From positions 40,021 to 104,020 of the forward strand of contig JASJBI010000057.1 of the NCBI GenBank assembly GCA_030066595.1: a stretch of 64,000 bases of DNA, given 5' to 3'. Below are positions 19,275 through 29,002 of this stretch, one piece after another. How positions within the stretch are numbered: position 1 is the first letter of the stretch; the number at the start of each line of letters is the position of its first letter. A model generated the notes under the pieces. That model was given only the letters and a program-made list of their open reading frames with translations. It made no database searches and was not told where the DNA came from. This stretch comes from Alphaproteobacteria bacterium (GTDB taxonomy: Bacteria; Pseudomonadota; Alphaproteobacteria; JAJFFI01). A program made the translations under genes and the position numbers.

Positions 19275-20975
19275 CTAGGCCACCCACTCGCTGACCGGCG
19301 CGCGGGCCTCGTGCAGCGGCTGCGTCTCGATATCGACGAGCGTCGGCCCGCCGGCCTCGACCGCGGCGGAGAGGGCAGGGCGCAGCGCGGCGGCTTCGCG
19401 CACCCGCCAGGCCTTCAGGCCATAGGCCTCGGCGACCGCGCCGTGATCGGTGCGGCCGAAGTCCACGGAGTAATACCGCTCGGCATAGCCGCTCTTCTGG
19501 CCCGCCTTGATCCAGCCATAGGTCGCGTTCGACAGCACGATCAGCGTCACCGGAAGCTTCAGGCGGGCGATGGTCTCGAGCTCGCCGGCCGCGAAGCCGA
19601 AGCCGCCGTCGCCTATAACCGCAACGCATTTGGCATCCGGCCGCCCGAACTGCGCGCCGACGACGGCGGGTAGACCATAGCCCAGGGCGCCATGGGCGCG
19701 GTTGGAGATGAAGTGGCGCCCGGGCCTGCGGAACTCGTAGTAGGCGGAGATATAGGGACAGGGGGTCCCGGCATCGGCGATGACCACGGCTTCGTCGGGC
19801 AGCACCTCTTGCAGGTCCGCGACGATGCGTTCGGGTCGGATCGGCGTCTCGTCGGAGGCCGCAAGGTCTCGGAACGCCGCAAACTTCGCCCGCTTAAGCT
19901 GCTCGACCGCCCGGGCGGCCGCTTCGGACTCGCCAGCGTCCACCTTCTTTTCCAATGCGGCGAGGCACATCCGGGCATCGCCCACGAGCGCGACGTCCGT
20001 CCGATAGTTCACGCCGATGACCTGGGGGTCGATATCGATGTGGACCACCCGGGTGGCGCCGGGCTTGGGATAGCGCCAGCGCTCCGTCGTCACCGAGCCC
20101 GCCCGGCAGCCGATGAAGATGACCAGATCGGCCTCGGCCAGGATCGAGCGGGTCTCGGGCGTGCCGCCATTGCTGCCGACCACCCCGACCGCGAGTGCAT
20201 GGCTCTCCGGGATGCTGCCCTGACCGCTGATGCTGGTCGCGACGGGCGCGCCGCAGCTCTCGGCAAGCGCCTGCAACTCGCTCTCGCCGCCCGAGATCAC
20301 CACGCCGCCGCCGCAAACGATCACCGGTTTCCGCGCCGCCGCGAGCAGCTCCGCGGCCGCTGCCACGGAGTCCGGGTCCGGGCCGACGCGGCGTGCCGGG
20401 TATGTGCCCAGCGACGGGTCGGCCCAAACATCATCCGCGTCGACGGGGTCGTTCTGGACGTCGAAGGGCAGGCCGATATGGGCGGCCCCCGGACGCCCCG
20501 TCGTCATGGCGGTAAAGGCCGCGCGAATCGCCCCCGGGATCTCGCCGCCCCGATCGAGCACCCGGTTCCATTTGGTCACGGGCCGGAACAGGCTCTGCTG
20601 ATCCAGCTCGGTCAGCGTGAAGCGGCCGCGGGAGGAGGTCGAAATATCCGTCGTGATCGCCAGCACGGGCACCGACGACTCGTTGGCCTCGGCCAGCCCG
20701 GGCACCGTGTAGGTGGCGCCGCCGCCGCTCGGCCCCTCGCAGACGCCGACCCGGCCGCTCGTGCGCGCATAGGCGTCGGCCATGTAGGCGGCCGAGCGCT
20801 CGTCGCGGGTGAGCACGTGCTGGATGCCCCCGCCGATGCGATAGAGCGCGTCGTAGAGCGGCAGGCTGGTATCCCCGCAGAGCCCGAAGATGTGGCGCAC
20901 CCCGTGGGCCTCGAGCATGCGCACGACGGCTTCGGCACCCGAAAGCTGGTTCATCTGCGCGCTCTCGGGTGTCAT
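19275..20975 (-). CDS. Thiamine-pyrophosphate-dependent enzyme, acetolactate synthase large-subunit-like
   Basis: TPP N-domain (GVRHIFGLCGDTSLPLYDAL), central domain and C-terminal TPP-binding motif GDGGFGFAAGELETIARLKLPV. The ATG at 20975 forms an ATGA overlap with the upstream glyoxalase stop. Confidence 0.8.
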   Translation of the reverse strand: MTPESAQMNQLSGAEAVVRMLEAHGVRHIFGLCGDTSLPLYDALYRIGGGIQHVLTRDERSAAYMADAYARTSGRVGVCEGPSGGGATYTVPGLAEANESSVPVLAITTDISTSSRGRFTLTELDQQSLFRPVTKWNRVLDRGGEIPGAIRAAFTAMTTGRPGAAHIGLPFDVQNDPVDADDVWADPSLGTYPARRVGPDPDSVAAAAELLAAARKPVIVCGGGVVISGGESELQALAESCGAPVATSISGQGSIPESHALAVGVVGSNGGTPETRSILAEADLVIFIGCRAGSVTTERWRYPKPGATRVVHIDIDPQVIGVNYRTDVALVGDARMCLAALEKKVDAGESEAAARAVEQLKRAKFAAFRDLAASDETPIRPERIVADLQEVLPDEAVVIADAGTPCPYISAYYEFRRPGRHFISNRAHGALGYGLPAVVGAQFGRPDAKCVAVIGDGGFGFAAGELETIARLKLPVTLIVLSNATYGWIKAGQKSGYAERYYSVDFGRTDHGAVAEAYGLKAWRVREAAALRPALSAAVEAGGPTLVDIETQPLHEARAPVSEWVA

Positions 20976-21418
20976 GCGCGCTCGATCAACTCGACCTTGT
21001 AGCCGTCCGGATCCTCGATGAAGGCGATGACCGGGCCGCCATGCTTCATCGGGCCCGGCGGGCGGGGAATGCGCACGCCCTCGGCTTCCAGCGCCTCGCA
21101 GGTCTTGTAGATGTCCGGCACGCCGATCGCGATGTGGCCGTACGCGTTGCCGAGGTCGTAGGGCTCGTCCTGCTCCCAGTTGTGGGTGAGCTCGATCACG
21201 GTGCTGGCCTCTTCCGGCCCATAGCCAATGAAGGCCAGCGTGAATTTGCCGGTCGGGTAGTCCTTCCGGCGCAAGAGCCGCATGCCCAGGTGGCGGGTGT
21301 AGAAATCGAGCGTCTGCTCGAGGTCCCGAACCCGAAGCATGGTGTGCAGGAGCCGGAAGCCGGCGGTGTCCGTGGCGGTCTTTGGCTCCAGCGTGTCCGC
21401 GTTCGATGTCTCTGTCAT
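20972..21418 (-). CDS. gloA: Lactoylglutathione lyase (glyoxalase I)
   Basis: RLLHTMLRVRDLEQTLDFYTRHLGMRL...GHIAIGVPDIY...FIEDPDGYKVELIE matches the glyoxalase I/VOC fold. Start is 21418 or 21436. Confidence 0.8.
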   Translation of the reverse strand: MTETSNADTLEPKTATDTAGFRLLHTMLRVRDLEQTLDFYTRHLGMRLLRRKDYPTGKFTLAFIGYGPEEASTVIELTHNWEQDEPYDLGNAYGHIAIGVPDIYKTCEALEAEGVRIPRPPGPMKHGGPVIAFIEDPDGYKVELIERA

Positions 21419-21461
21419 GGCAATGCCTCCTCTCAATGCAGGCGATGTCCGGCCCGCTCGC

Positions 21462-21782
21462 TCACCGAATCGGCGAGAACGACACGGGCACGATGATCTT
21501 GTCCTCCTGGGTCATCAGCGCGCCCAGCTCTTCGTTCCGCCGCAGAAACTCCTGCCAGGCGGGATCCTGAGCCATCGCCGCGCGGCGGCGCTGGCGGTCG
21601 GCCAGATCCTCGAATCCCCAGAGATGGATGACCTGGTTGAGCGGGCCGATCTCGGTCTGGAAGAAGCCGATGAGATTGCCGAGGTGCTCGAGCTGGACCG
21701 GCAAGGCGTACTGCTCGTAGAGCGCCAGCCACTTGCCGAGCTTGAGGGGATACAGCGTGTAGGAACGGTGATCGATAATCAT
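21462..21782 (-). CDS. NIPSNAP-family protein
   Basis: MIIDHRSYTLYPLKLGKWLALYEQ...IHLWGFEDLADRQRRRAAM is the typical NIPSNAP pattern. Confidence 0.7.
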   Translation of the reverse strand: MIIDHRSYTLYPLKLGKWLALYEQYALPVQLEHLGNLIGFFQTEIGPLNQVIHLWGFEDLADRQRRRAAMAQDPAWQEFLRRNEELGALMTQEDKIIVPVSFSPIR

Positions 21783-21832
21783 GGTCTTTTCCTCCCCTTG
21801 TGGGTCGCCAGGTCACGACGGCGCGTGGCGCG

Positions 21833-22951
21833 TCATGCTGTACTGCAATCCGGCGCGATCACTTTCTCGCTGGCCAGATCGATCAGATGCATGTGGCTCA
21901 TGTCTGCCCTGAGACGGATGCGGTCGCCCGGCCGCCTGGGCACGCCCGAATCGGCGATCGCGGCGAACTCGATGCCGTCGATCGAGAAGGTGATCAGGCT
22001 GGTCGCACCCGTGGGCTCGATCACGTCTATCGTCGCGTCCAGGAAATGGCAGCTCGGCGCGTTCGTTTCCTGGCGGTCGGTGAGGTGATCGGGCCGCAAG
22101 CCGATCTCGACCGCCTGGTCCGCGTAGGGCCGATAGGCGGGCCAGCGTCCGCGCGGTACCGGCAGAACCGTCCCGTCGCGCAGCTCGGCGCTGAGTGCGC
22201 CGTTCTCGGCCACCAATCGCGCGGGAATGAAGTTCATGCGCGGCGAGCCGATGAACCCGGCCACGAACTTGTTGGTCGGATGCTGGTAGACCTCGACGGG
22301 ATCCCCGACCTGCTCGAACCGCCCGTCCCGCATGACGACGATCTTGTCAGCTAGGGTCATCGCCTCGACCTGGTCGTGGGTCACGTAAACGATGGTGGCC
22401 TGGAGCTTCTGATGGATCTTTTTGATCTCGATGCGCATCTGCGCCCGCAATGCCGCGTCGAGGTTGCTCAGCGGCTCGTCGAACAGAAAGGCCCGCGGGT
22501 TGCGCACGATCGCGCGGCCCATGGCGACACGCTGTCTTTGTCCGCCGGAGAGCTCGCGCGGCTTGCGGTCGAGCAGGGCAGTGATGTTGAGCAGTTCGGC
22601 GGCGCTCTGCACGAGCCGCTCCTGCTCGGCCCGCGAGACGCCCTTCATGCGCAGGCTGAACGCCATGTTCTTGCGCGCCGACATGTGCGGATAGAGGGCA
22701 TAGCTCTGAAACACCATGGCGACGTCGCGGGCTTTTGGAGGCAGGTTCTCGACGGACTCGTTGTCGAAACGGATGTTGCCCGAGGTCACCTCCTCGAGCC
22801 CGGCGATCATGCGCAGCGTCGTCGTCTTGCCACAGCCCGACGGCCCCACCAGAACCGTGAACTCGCCGTTCTCGATCGCCAGCGTGACGCCCCGGACGGC
22901 CTCGTCGTCGCCATACCGCTTGACCAGATTGTCGAGCACGATCCGCGCCAC
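21833..22951 (-). CDS. Sugar ABC transporter ATP-binding protein (MalK/UgpC-like with TOBE C-domain)
   Basis: Walker A GPSGCGKTT, Q-loop, signature LSGGQRQRVAMGRA, Walker B FLFDEPLSNLDA, H-loop VTHDQ and a C-terminal regulatory domain. Confidence 0.85.
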   Translation of the reverse strand: MARIVLDNLVKRYGDDEAVRGVTLAIENGEFTVLVGPSGCGKTTTLRMIAGLEEVTSGNIRFDNESVENLPPKARDVAMVFQSYALYPHMSARKNMAFSLRMKGVSRAEQERLVQSAAELLNITALLDRKPRELSGGQRQRVAMGRAIVRNPRAFLFDEPLSNLDAALRAQMRIEIKKIHQKLQATIVYVTHDQVEAMTLADKIVVMRDGRFEQVGDPVEVYQHPTNKFVAGFIGSPRMNFIPARLVAENGALSAELRDGTVLPVPRGRWPAYRPYADQAVEIGLRPDHLTDRQETNAPSCHFLDATIDVIEPTGATSLITFSIDGIEFAAIADSGVPRRPGDRIRLRADMSHMHLIDLASEKVIAPDCSTA

Positions 22952-22954
22952 GGT

Positions 22955-23797
22955 TCAGCCCTTCACGCCGCCGGCGCCCCAGCCGGACACCAGAAAGCGC
23001 TGGATGTAGGCGAAGACGACCACCACGGGGACGATGATCAGCATGCCGCCGGCCATGATCATGCCCCAATCGATCACCGAGGAATTGTAGAGGTCGGCGA
23101 TGCCGACAGACAGGGTCTTGAGTTCGTCCGAGGTGATCAGGATGCGGACGAAGATGTAGTCGTTCCATGCCAGGATGAAGGTGAAGATGCCGGTGGCGAT
23201 GATCCCGGGCAGCGCCATCGGCAGCAGGACATACAGGATCGCGCGCGGACGGTCAGCGCCGTCGGTCAGCGCCGCCTCTTCGAGATCGAGCGGAATGCTC
23301 TGGAAGAAGGTGCGCAGCATCCACAGGCTGAACGGCAGGCAAAAGGCCGTGTAGCAGAGGATCAGCGCCAGATGCGTGTTCGCGATGCCGAAGAAGCGGA
23401 TCAGCACGTAGAACGGAATGATGATCATGATCGGCGCGAACATATAGGTGAACAGGATCACCGCCGCGATCTTTTCGCGTCCCGGGAAGCGGAACCGCGT
23501 CAGGCTGTAGGCGCCCGGCGTCGCGATCGCCAGGGTGACGAGGACCGTCATCGACGAGACGAACACGCTGTTGCGGAAATAGGTCAGGAACCGGGTTTGA
23601 TCGAACAGGCGGGCGATGTTCTCGAAGGTGAAGTCCCGGGGGAAAAAGTAGGGCGGATAGACGAAGATCTCGCTGGGCGCCTTGAAGGCGGTGGCGGCCA
23701 TCCAGAAGAACGGGAAGGCCGTGAAGGCGAGCAGCAGCGCCACCGAGGCGATCACCGCGAGCGTGCGCATGCCGGGGGAGGCGGCCCGCCCGCTCAT
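22955..23797 (-). CDS. Sugar ABC transporter permease (UgpE/MalG-like)
   Basis: 280 aa with six TM helices and an EAA-like loop (EEAALTDGADRPRAILYVLLP). Its ATG at 23797 overlaps the upstream permease stop (ATGA). The track fuses both permeases into one 601-aa ORF. Confidence 0.8.
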   Translation of the reverse strand: MSGRAASPGMRTLAVIASVALLLAFTAFPFFWMAATAFKAPSEIFVYPPYFFPRDFTFENIARLFDQTRFLTYFRNSVFVSSMTVLVTLAIATPGAYSLTRFRFPGREKIAAVILFTYMFAPIMIIIPFYVLIRFFGIANTHLALILCYTAFCLPFSLWMLRTFFQSIPLDLEEAALTDGADRPRAILYVLLPMALPGIIATGIFTFILAWNDYIFVRILITSDELKTLSVGIADLYNSSVIDWGMIMAGGMLIIVPVVVVFAYIQRFLVSGWGAGGVKG

Positions 23798-24669
23798 AGC
23801 CGCTCGTCCCGGCGGAACAGATAGAAATAGACCGTCGTAGACGCCACCAGGATGGCGAACATGACCACGGCGATGGCCGCGCCCGTGCCGGCCTCGTAGA
23901 AGTGGAAGGTGCGCAGATAGGCATAGACCGGCAGGGTGCGGATGTACTTCTCGGCGCCGCCGCCCTGGGTGATCAGCCAGACCGTGTCGAACTTGGTGAA
24001 CATCCAGATGCTGCGCAGCAGGATGACCACGAAGAGGACGCTCATCAGCTGCGGGAGCGTGACGTGCAAAAAGCGGCGTACCGCGCCGGCTCCGTCCACC
24101 TTCGCGGCTTCGTAGAGCTCGTGCGGAATGGTCTGCAGGCGCGCCAGAACGGCGAGCACGACGAACGGAAAGAACTGCCAGACCGAAATGAGGATGAGCG
24201 ACACCATGATATAGCTGCGCCCCATCCAGCTGATGTTCTCGTCCGTAATGCCGAACGCCACCAGGCCATAGTTGACGAGCCCGAACTGGTTGTTCAGCAG
24301 CCATTTCCACAGGATCACGGCGACCACGGTCGGGATCATGTAGGGAAACAGGACGATGCCCCGAACCAAGTTCCGGGCGGGGAACATCTCGTTCAGGACC
24401 AGTGCTGCGGCCACGCCGAGGACGATCTGAAGGATGATGGTCGAGACGGAGTAGATCACGCCGCGCCAGAGGCTCGACCAGAAATCGGGGTCGCCCAGGA
24501 GAAAGCCGTAGTTCGCCAAGCCGATGAAGGTCTGACCGGGGAAGAAGGAGTGCTTGGCATGAAAGCTCAGCCAGATCCCGTGCATCACCGGATAGAGCGT
24601 CAGACACAGAAGCAGCGCGACCGCAGGCGCGATCAGGAGGAGACCCGTGCTGCTTTGGGATAGCCTCAT
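23794..24669 (-). CDS. Sugar ABC transporter permease (UgpA/MalF-like)
   Basis: MRLSQSSTGLLLIAPAVALLL... with an EAA loop (YEAAKVDGAGAVRRFLHVTLP). Confidence 0.8.
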   Translation of the reverse strand: MRLSQSSTGLLLIAPAVALLLCLTLYPVMHGIWLSFHAKHSFFPGQTFIGLANYGFLLGDPDFWSSLWRGVIYSVSTIILQIVLGVAAALVLNEMFPARNLVRGIVLFPYMIPTVVAVILWKWLLNNQFGLVNYGLVAFGITDENISWMGRSYIMVSLILISVWQFFPFVVLAVLARLQTIPHELYEAAKVDGAGAVRRFLHVTLPQLMSVLFVVILLRSIWMFTKFDTVWLITQGGGAEKYIRTLPVYAYLRTFHFYEAGTGAAIAVVMFAILVASTTVYFYLFRRDERL

Positions 24670-24789
24670 ACATCGCCCTTTGTCTGAGTGCGGTCTCGGA
24701 TTTCGATCTGCGTCGAACGGGCGTAGCTGGAGAGGCGGCAGCAAACGAATTCGCCGCCACCCCTCCTCACGGATCGCGCCCTCAGCCGA

Positions 24790-26160
24790 TCACCACTTGG
24801 CGAAGCCCGCTTTCTTGACCAGCGCCTCGGCCTTCTTCTGCGCCCGATCTGCCGCCGTCTTGGGATCGACGCCTTCGACAGTCACCTCCATGACCATGTC
24901 GCGCAGAACACCGGATCCCAAGATCTGCATGAGATAGGGCTTGGTGTTGAGGTCGTCCCATTCGACCACCATGGTCGGCTTGACCAGGTCGTTGTCCAGA
25001 TAGTGCTCCTGGGCCGCGAGCCAGCCCGACCAGCGCTGGATCATCGGTGTTGCCGCATAGGCGTCCGATCGGCGCAGCGACTTGGTGATCGGGAAGAAGT
25101 GGATGGGAACCGACTGGATGTATTCGAGGTAGTTCTTGTCCTGATAGAAGAATTTCAGGAACGCCTTGGCTTCCTCCGGGTTCTTCGCGTCCTTGAACAG
25201 CATCCACGGCTCTTGGTCGACCTGGGCCGCAGGCGTCTTGCCACTGGGCCCGTGGGGCTTGACCCAAACGTCGAAATGATCGGTGCTCTGCATGTCCTTG
25301 GGCGCGTACTGCTCGATCAGCGATGCCCCGCGGCCGTAACCCTGGAACATCATGGCCGCCTTCTGGCCGTACATGTTCGCGAAGGTCTCGCGGTAGCCGT
25401 GCCCCTCCCAGCCGGGCGGCAGATAGGCCGTCAGCGCCTTCCAGAACTCGAGGGTCTCGATCATCTGCGGCTCGGTAAAGCGCGGGCGGTTCTTGTCGTC
25501 GAACAGGCCGCCGCCATTCGCCTTGATGAGCTCGCCCATCATGATGTTGATGAACAGATTGTCCCCGGGGATGGTCATGCCGTAGACATCGGTCTTGCCG
25601 TCCCCGTTGGTGTCCATCGTCAAGGCCTTGGCGTTGTCCAAAAGGTCGGCCCAGGTCTTGGGCGGCTTCACGCCCTTCTCCGTGGCCCAGTCCTTGCGGT
25701 AGATGAGCAAAGACGTCCCGGCGGCGTGCACCAGGCCGTAGTACTTGCCGTCCGCCCGACAGACCCGTTTGATCTGGTCCCAGATGTTATCCTCGCCGAT
25801 CGCCTGCACGACGTCGTCGAGCGGCAGCAGCATGCCCTGCTGCTGCAAGGCCGAGCAGGTGATGGGCTGGCCGTGCGACAGCTCGGGCGGCGAGCCGGCC
25901 GCGAGGGACGCCATGATCTTGCCTTCGAGATCGCCCCAGGCCAGCGCCTCCGCCTCGACCTTGATTCCCGGGTGAGACGCCTCGAAGCGCTGAATGATGT
26001 TGGCGATCGCCTTCTGGGACTGAGGGTTGGTCTCGGTGTGCCAGACCCGCACGACCTTGTCCGCGGCCACCGCAGACCCCAGCAGCGTTGCGAGGAAAGC
26101 TGTTGCGGCCAGGAGGCCGAAAAACGACGTGGTCAGCTCTCTTAAGCATCGTAGTGCCAT
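24790..26160 (-). CDS. Sugar ABC transporter periplasmic substrate-binding protein (extracellular solute-binding family 1)
   Basis: Signal peptide (MALRCLRELTTSFFGLLAATAFLATLLGSAVAADK) and a solute-binding body of about 430 aa. Confidence 0.8.
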   Translation of the reverse strand: MALRCLRELTTSFFGLLAATAFLATLLGSAVAADKVVRVWHTETNPQSQKAIANIIQRFEASHPGIKVEAEALAWGDLEGKIMASLAAGSPPELSHGQPITCSALQQQGMLLPLDDVVQAIGEDNIWDQIKRVCRADGKYYGLVHAAGTSLLIYRKDWATEKGVKPPKTWADLLDNAKALTMDTNGDGKTDVYGMTIPGDNLFINIMMGELIKANGGGLFDDKNRPRFTEPQMIETLEFWKALTAYLPPGWEGHGYRETFANMYGQKAAMMFQGYGRGASLIEQYAPKDMQSTDHFDVWVKPHGPSGKTPAAQVDQEPWMLFKDAKNPEEAKAFLKFFYQDKNYLEYIQSVPIHFFPITKSLRRSDAYAATPMIQRWSGWLAAQEHYLDNDLVKPTMVVEWDDLNTKPYLMQILGSGVLRDMVMEVTVEGVDPKTAADRAQKKAEALVKKAGFAKW

Positions 26161-26257
26161 TGCTTCCTCCCTGGTGAATCCGGGACCGCACATGCGCGCC
26201 GTCAGGTCATTGTTGGCTGTCCCGGTGTTCAATCTGTCCCCAAATAGTCCTCCTTGA

Positions 26258-26965
26258 TTACCGGAATCGAAGTCTCAGGCGGTCAGCCGCCCCTTCGAGA
26301 TGGCTGCGGATCTCTCGGCTGGCGCGCTCGGGGTCCTGGTCGGCAATCGCCGCCAGCACCTGTTCGTGCTCCTTGTGGACGCGGCGCAAGACTGTCCGCG
26401 TCGGCGGGGTGCTGCGGCGTCGCAAGGCTATGCTGTAGGTGATACGGCGCGTCACGTAGTCGAGGAGATCGAGCAGATAGGCGTTGCCGGCTGCCTCGGC
26501 GATCTCGATGTGGAACCCGTAGTCGGGATCAAGGCCCCAGTCGCCGCGTTCGATCATCTCCCCGATCTCGGCGAGGACGTGCCGCATGCGCGTGAGGTGT
26601 CGCTTGGTCCGGCGTCTGGCGGCCAGCGCCGCGGCCGAGGCCTCAAGCTCGATGCGGAGTTCGAACACGGGCGCCAGCTCGCGCGACTGGACAAGCATGC
26701 CGGCGTCGATCCGAAAGGCTTGCGGGCCGTCGGCACTGAGCACAAAGGCCCCCGACCCTTGCCGCGTCTCGATCAGGCCCTCGGACTTGAGCCGGACGAT
26801 CGCCTCCCGGATCACACCACGACTGACCCCGAAGTGCTCGGAGAGGTTGGCCTCGGTCGGCAGCCGTTCGCCGTCCTTGAACCTGCCGCCCTGGATCTCC
26901 CGCTGAATGGCGCGTGCGACCTCGACGGATAGATGTGCCGGCCTCTGGAATGTCTGAAACGTCAC
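26258..26965 (-). CDS. GntR-family regulator with FCD domain (FadR-like)
   Basis: HTH region LPTEANLSEHFGVSRGVIREAIVRLKSEGLI with a helical C-domain. The start is uncertain (GTG at 26965 or ATG at 27037). Confidence 0.75.
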   Translation of the reverse strand: MTFQTFQRPAHLSVEVARAIQREIQGGRFKDGERLPTEANLSEHFGVSRGVIREAIVRLKSEGLIETRQGSGAFVLSADGPQAFRIDAGMLVQSRELAPVFELRIELEASAAALAARRRTKRHLTRMRHVLAEIGEMIERGDWGLDPDYGFHIEIAEAAGNAYLLDLLDYVTRRITYSIALRRRSTPPTRTVLRRVHKEHEQVLAAIADQDPERASREIRSHLEGAADRLRLRFR

Positions 26966-27100
26966 CTCTCCGATCCAATGCGTGCTGTGGCCCCGTGCGC
27001 CCCTCGTCGTCCGTCCCGATCCGCCGAACCGGTGCACGGCGCACCGGCCGGGTTTGACGACACCCCAATTAGGTGCCTCCCCAGGCGGTCCGTCCGCTGA

Positions 27101-27118
27101 AGCCAGTCATCGGATAAC
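27101..27118. promoter_or_regulatory. Perfect 18-bp palindrome CGGATAACCGGTTATCCG, a candidate operator
   Basis: Read directly from the sequence. It is intergenic, 65 to 135 nt upstream of the GntR regulator at 26258-26965/27037. About 0.2 chance palindromes of this length are expected in 64 kb. Confidence 0.4.
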
Positions 27119-27363
27119 CGGTTATCCGGTTGTCGGACAAATTTTGATCAGTAGAGCATTCACTCGAAACCGAGTCAACAAGTGACCTTAGGTTTCGAGC
27201 TTTCCCATCCGCGCAGTGCAGGGCGCGACCGGCCCGGTGACGGGTCACGACACAGGCGGGCCCCGCATCGACCATGTTTCGCAGGGTCGTATGGCGTTCG
27301 CGCCGATCCTGGCTCTCATCTTGCCGGTCGTCGGCCGAGCGGGCGGGGGCGAAGGACCGAGCG

Positions 27364-28155
27364 CTAACGAGGCCCGACGCGCGCGCGTTCGCGCTCTCTC
27401 CGGGCTTGCATGCCGGATCCGGAACTGTACGTTGCGCGATTGGTTTCCCCATGCGCCAAAGCCTCGAGTGCCGGCCTGTTCAGGACGACGACGCGGCTGG
27501 GGCGTGGCATGGCCACAATCTTTTCCCGTTTGAGCCGGGACAGCTCGCGGCAAACGGATTCCGTGGTCAGCCCCAGGTAATCCGCGATCTCCGGGCGGCG
27601 CATGGGCAGCGCGAACTCACGGCAGATATTGGACTGCACGGCTAACGGCTGGCAGAACTCCAACAGGAAGGACGCGACCTTTTCTTCCGTCGACTTTCGG
27701 CCCAAGGTGACCATGCGTTCCTGCAGGCCGGTGATCTCGTCGGCGGCCAAATCCAGCAGGGCGCGGTCGATCTCGGGATTGGCGTCGGCCATCCTGCGCA
27801 GGCCCTCCCATTCGATGCGGCAGAGCTTGCTGGCGCGGACGGACTGGGCCGTGACCGGCCAAGGGGTATCGCGCCGGTGCAACGTCAAAATGTCGCCGAC
27901 GGATCGAAACGCGACGATCTGCTGTCGGCCATCAGGCAGTCGCTTGGCCAGCTTCAGCAAACCCGACGACACCAACAGGAAGTCGCCGTTGACCTCTCCC
28001 TCTCTCGCGACGACATCCCCGGGCGCAAGATCGACGACAGACACCAGAGACTCGAGCTGACGGCGGCAGTTCCGGTCGAGCACGGAATCGAAAGGCCAAA
28101 CCGTGTTGGGGACAGGCCGGCGACCCTGAACAACGCGCAGCTCCATGGCGCTCAC
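27364..28155 (-). CDS. Crp/Fnr-family transcriptional regulator without an N-terminal Cys cluster (FixK-like)
   Basis: cNMP-binding-like effector domain with a C-terminal HTH (RPEIADYLGLTTESVCRELSRLK). Its ATG overlaps the upstream usp stop (ATGA), so usp and this gene are probably co-transcribed. Confidence 0.8.
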   Translation of the reverse strand: MSAMELRVVQGRRPVPNTVWPFDSVLDRNCRRQLESLVSVVDLAPGDVVAREGEVNGDFLLVSSGLLKLAKRLPDGRQQIVAFRSVGDILTLHRRDTPWPVTAQSVRASKLCRIEWEGLRRMADANPEIDRALLDLAADEITGLQERMVTLGRKSTEEKVASFLLEFCQPLAVQSNICREFALPMRRPEIADYLGLTTESVCRELSRLKREKIVAMPRPSRVVVLNRPALEALAHGETNRATYSSGSGMQARRERERARVGPR

Positions 28156-28670
28156 GCCTTTACGATGGTGACCGGGATATGCGCCCGCCGCACGACGGTC
28201 TGCGAGGTCGAGCCCAGAAGCATCCGGCCGAGACCCTTGCGGTCGCGACCGCCGAGAACGATCTGGCGGGCGCCGTGTTGTTCAGCCATGTGCAAAATGG
28301 TCGCTGCCGGAAGCCCTTCGATGCAGACCGGCTGCGCCGTCTGGAGCGGCTCCACGTCTGGGCGAGCCTGTCGCAGCTCCTCGAGCACCGCAGCCACCCG
28401 GCGCTGAGCCACGTCGGCCATGGGCTCCAGTGCGTCGCCGTTCTCGGACCGGTAGGTTCCGGGGGACTCGGCCGGATCATGGATCACGTGCAGCACCTGC
28501 AGCGGAGCGCCAACACGTTGCGCGTAGTCGCTCGCCCAGAGCAGGACCGCCTTCGCCTGCTCGGACAAATCGACGGCGACCAGAACCGGCGCCTCCGCTG
28601 TCTCCGTTGCCGGCTCGTCGCGAACAGCCGTTCTCTCGACGTCTTCCGATTTTAGGACGATCTGCTCCAT
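28152..28670 (-). CDS. Universal stress protein (UspA family)
   Basis: VLVAVDLSEQAKAVLLWASDYAQRVGAPLQVLHVIHDP...IVLGGRDRKGLGRMLLGSTSQTVVRRAHIPVTIVK. Paralog of the USP at 41607-42111. Confidence 0.8.
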   Translation of the reverse strand: MEQIVLKSEDVERTAVRDEPATETAEAPVLVAVDLSEQAKAVLLWASDYAQRVGAPLQVLHVIHDPAESPGTYRSENGDALEPMADVAQRRVAAVLEELRQARPDVEPLQTAQPVCIEGLPAATILHMAEQHGARQIVLGGRDRKGLGRMLLGSTSQTVVRRAHIPVTIVKA

Positions 28671-28861
28671 GTCTTCCAAAATCCCCTGTTCTCCGCCGTT
28701 TACGGCGACGTAGCGGATCTGCGACGCCGCCGCCCCAGGTCGACTGAGTGCCCGCCGACCCGGAGAGCACAATTCGATCGCCTAGGACTGACCTTGCCGA
28801 TCCGAACGTAACCTTGACCCATGAAGCTTTTGTGACATTTCGCTTACATTTGTGTAACGAA

Positions 28862-28875
28862 TTGAGCAGGCTCAA
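28862..28875. promoter_or_regulatory. FixK/FNR-type box TTGAGCAGGCTCAA (TTGA-N6-TCAA)
   Basis: Perfect palindromic half-sites, intergenic. It lies about 190 nt upstream of the usp-crp operon (minus strand) and about 130 nt upstream of the histidine phosphatase gene (plus strand). Confidence 0.55.
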
Positions 28876-29002
28876 TTGTTTCCAGGATATTGCGGTGCAA
28901 TATGGATCCGCCCGGCAAATCGCCGGGACGGACGGTTGCGAGTGTTCGCGTTGCGACCCTTGGCAGCCGCTGAGGGGTATTGAGCAGGCGCTGGGTTTCA
29001 TG

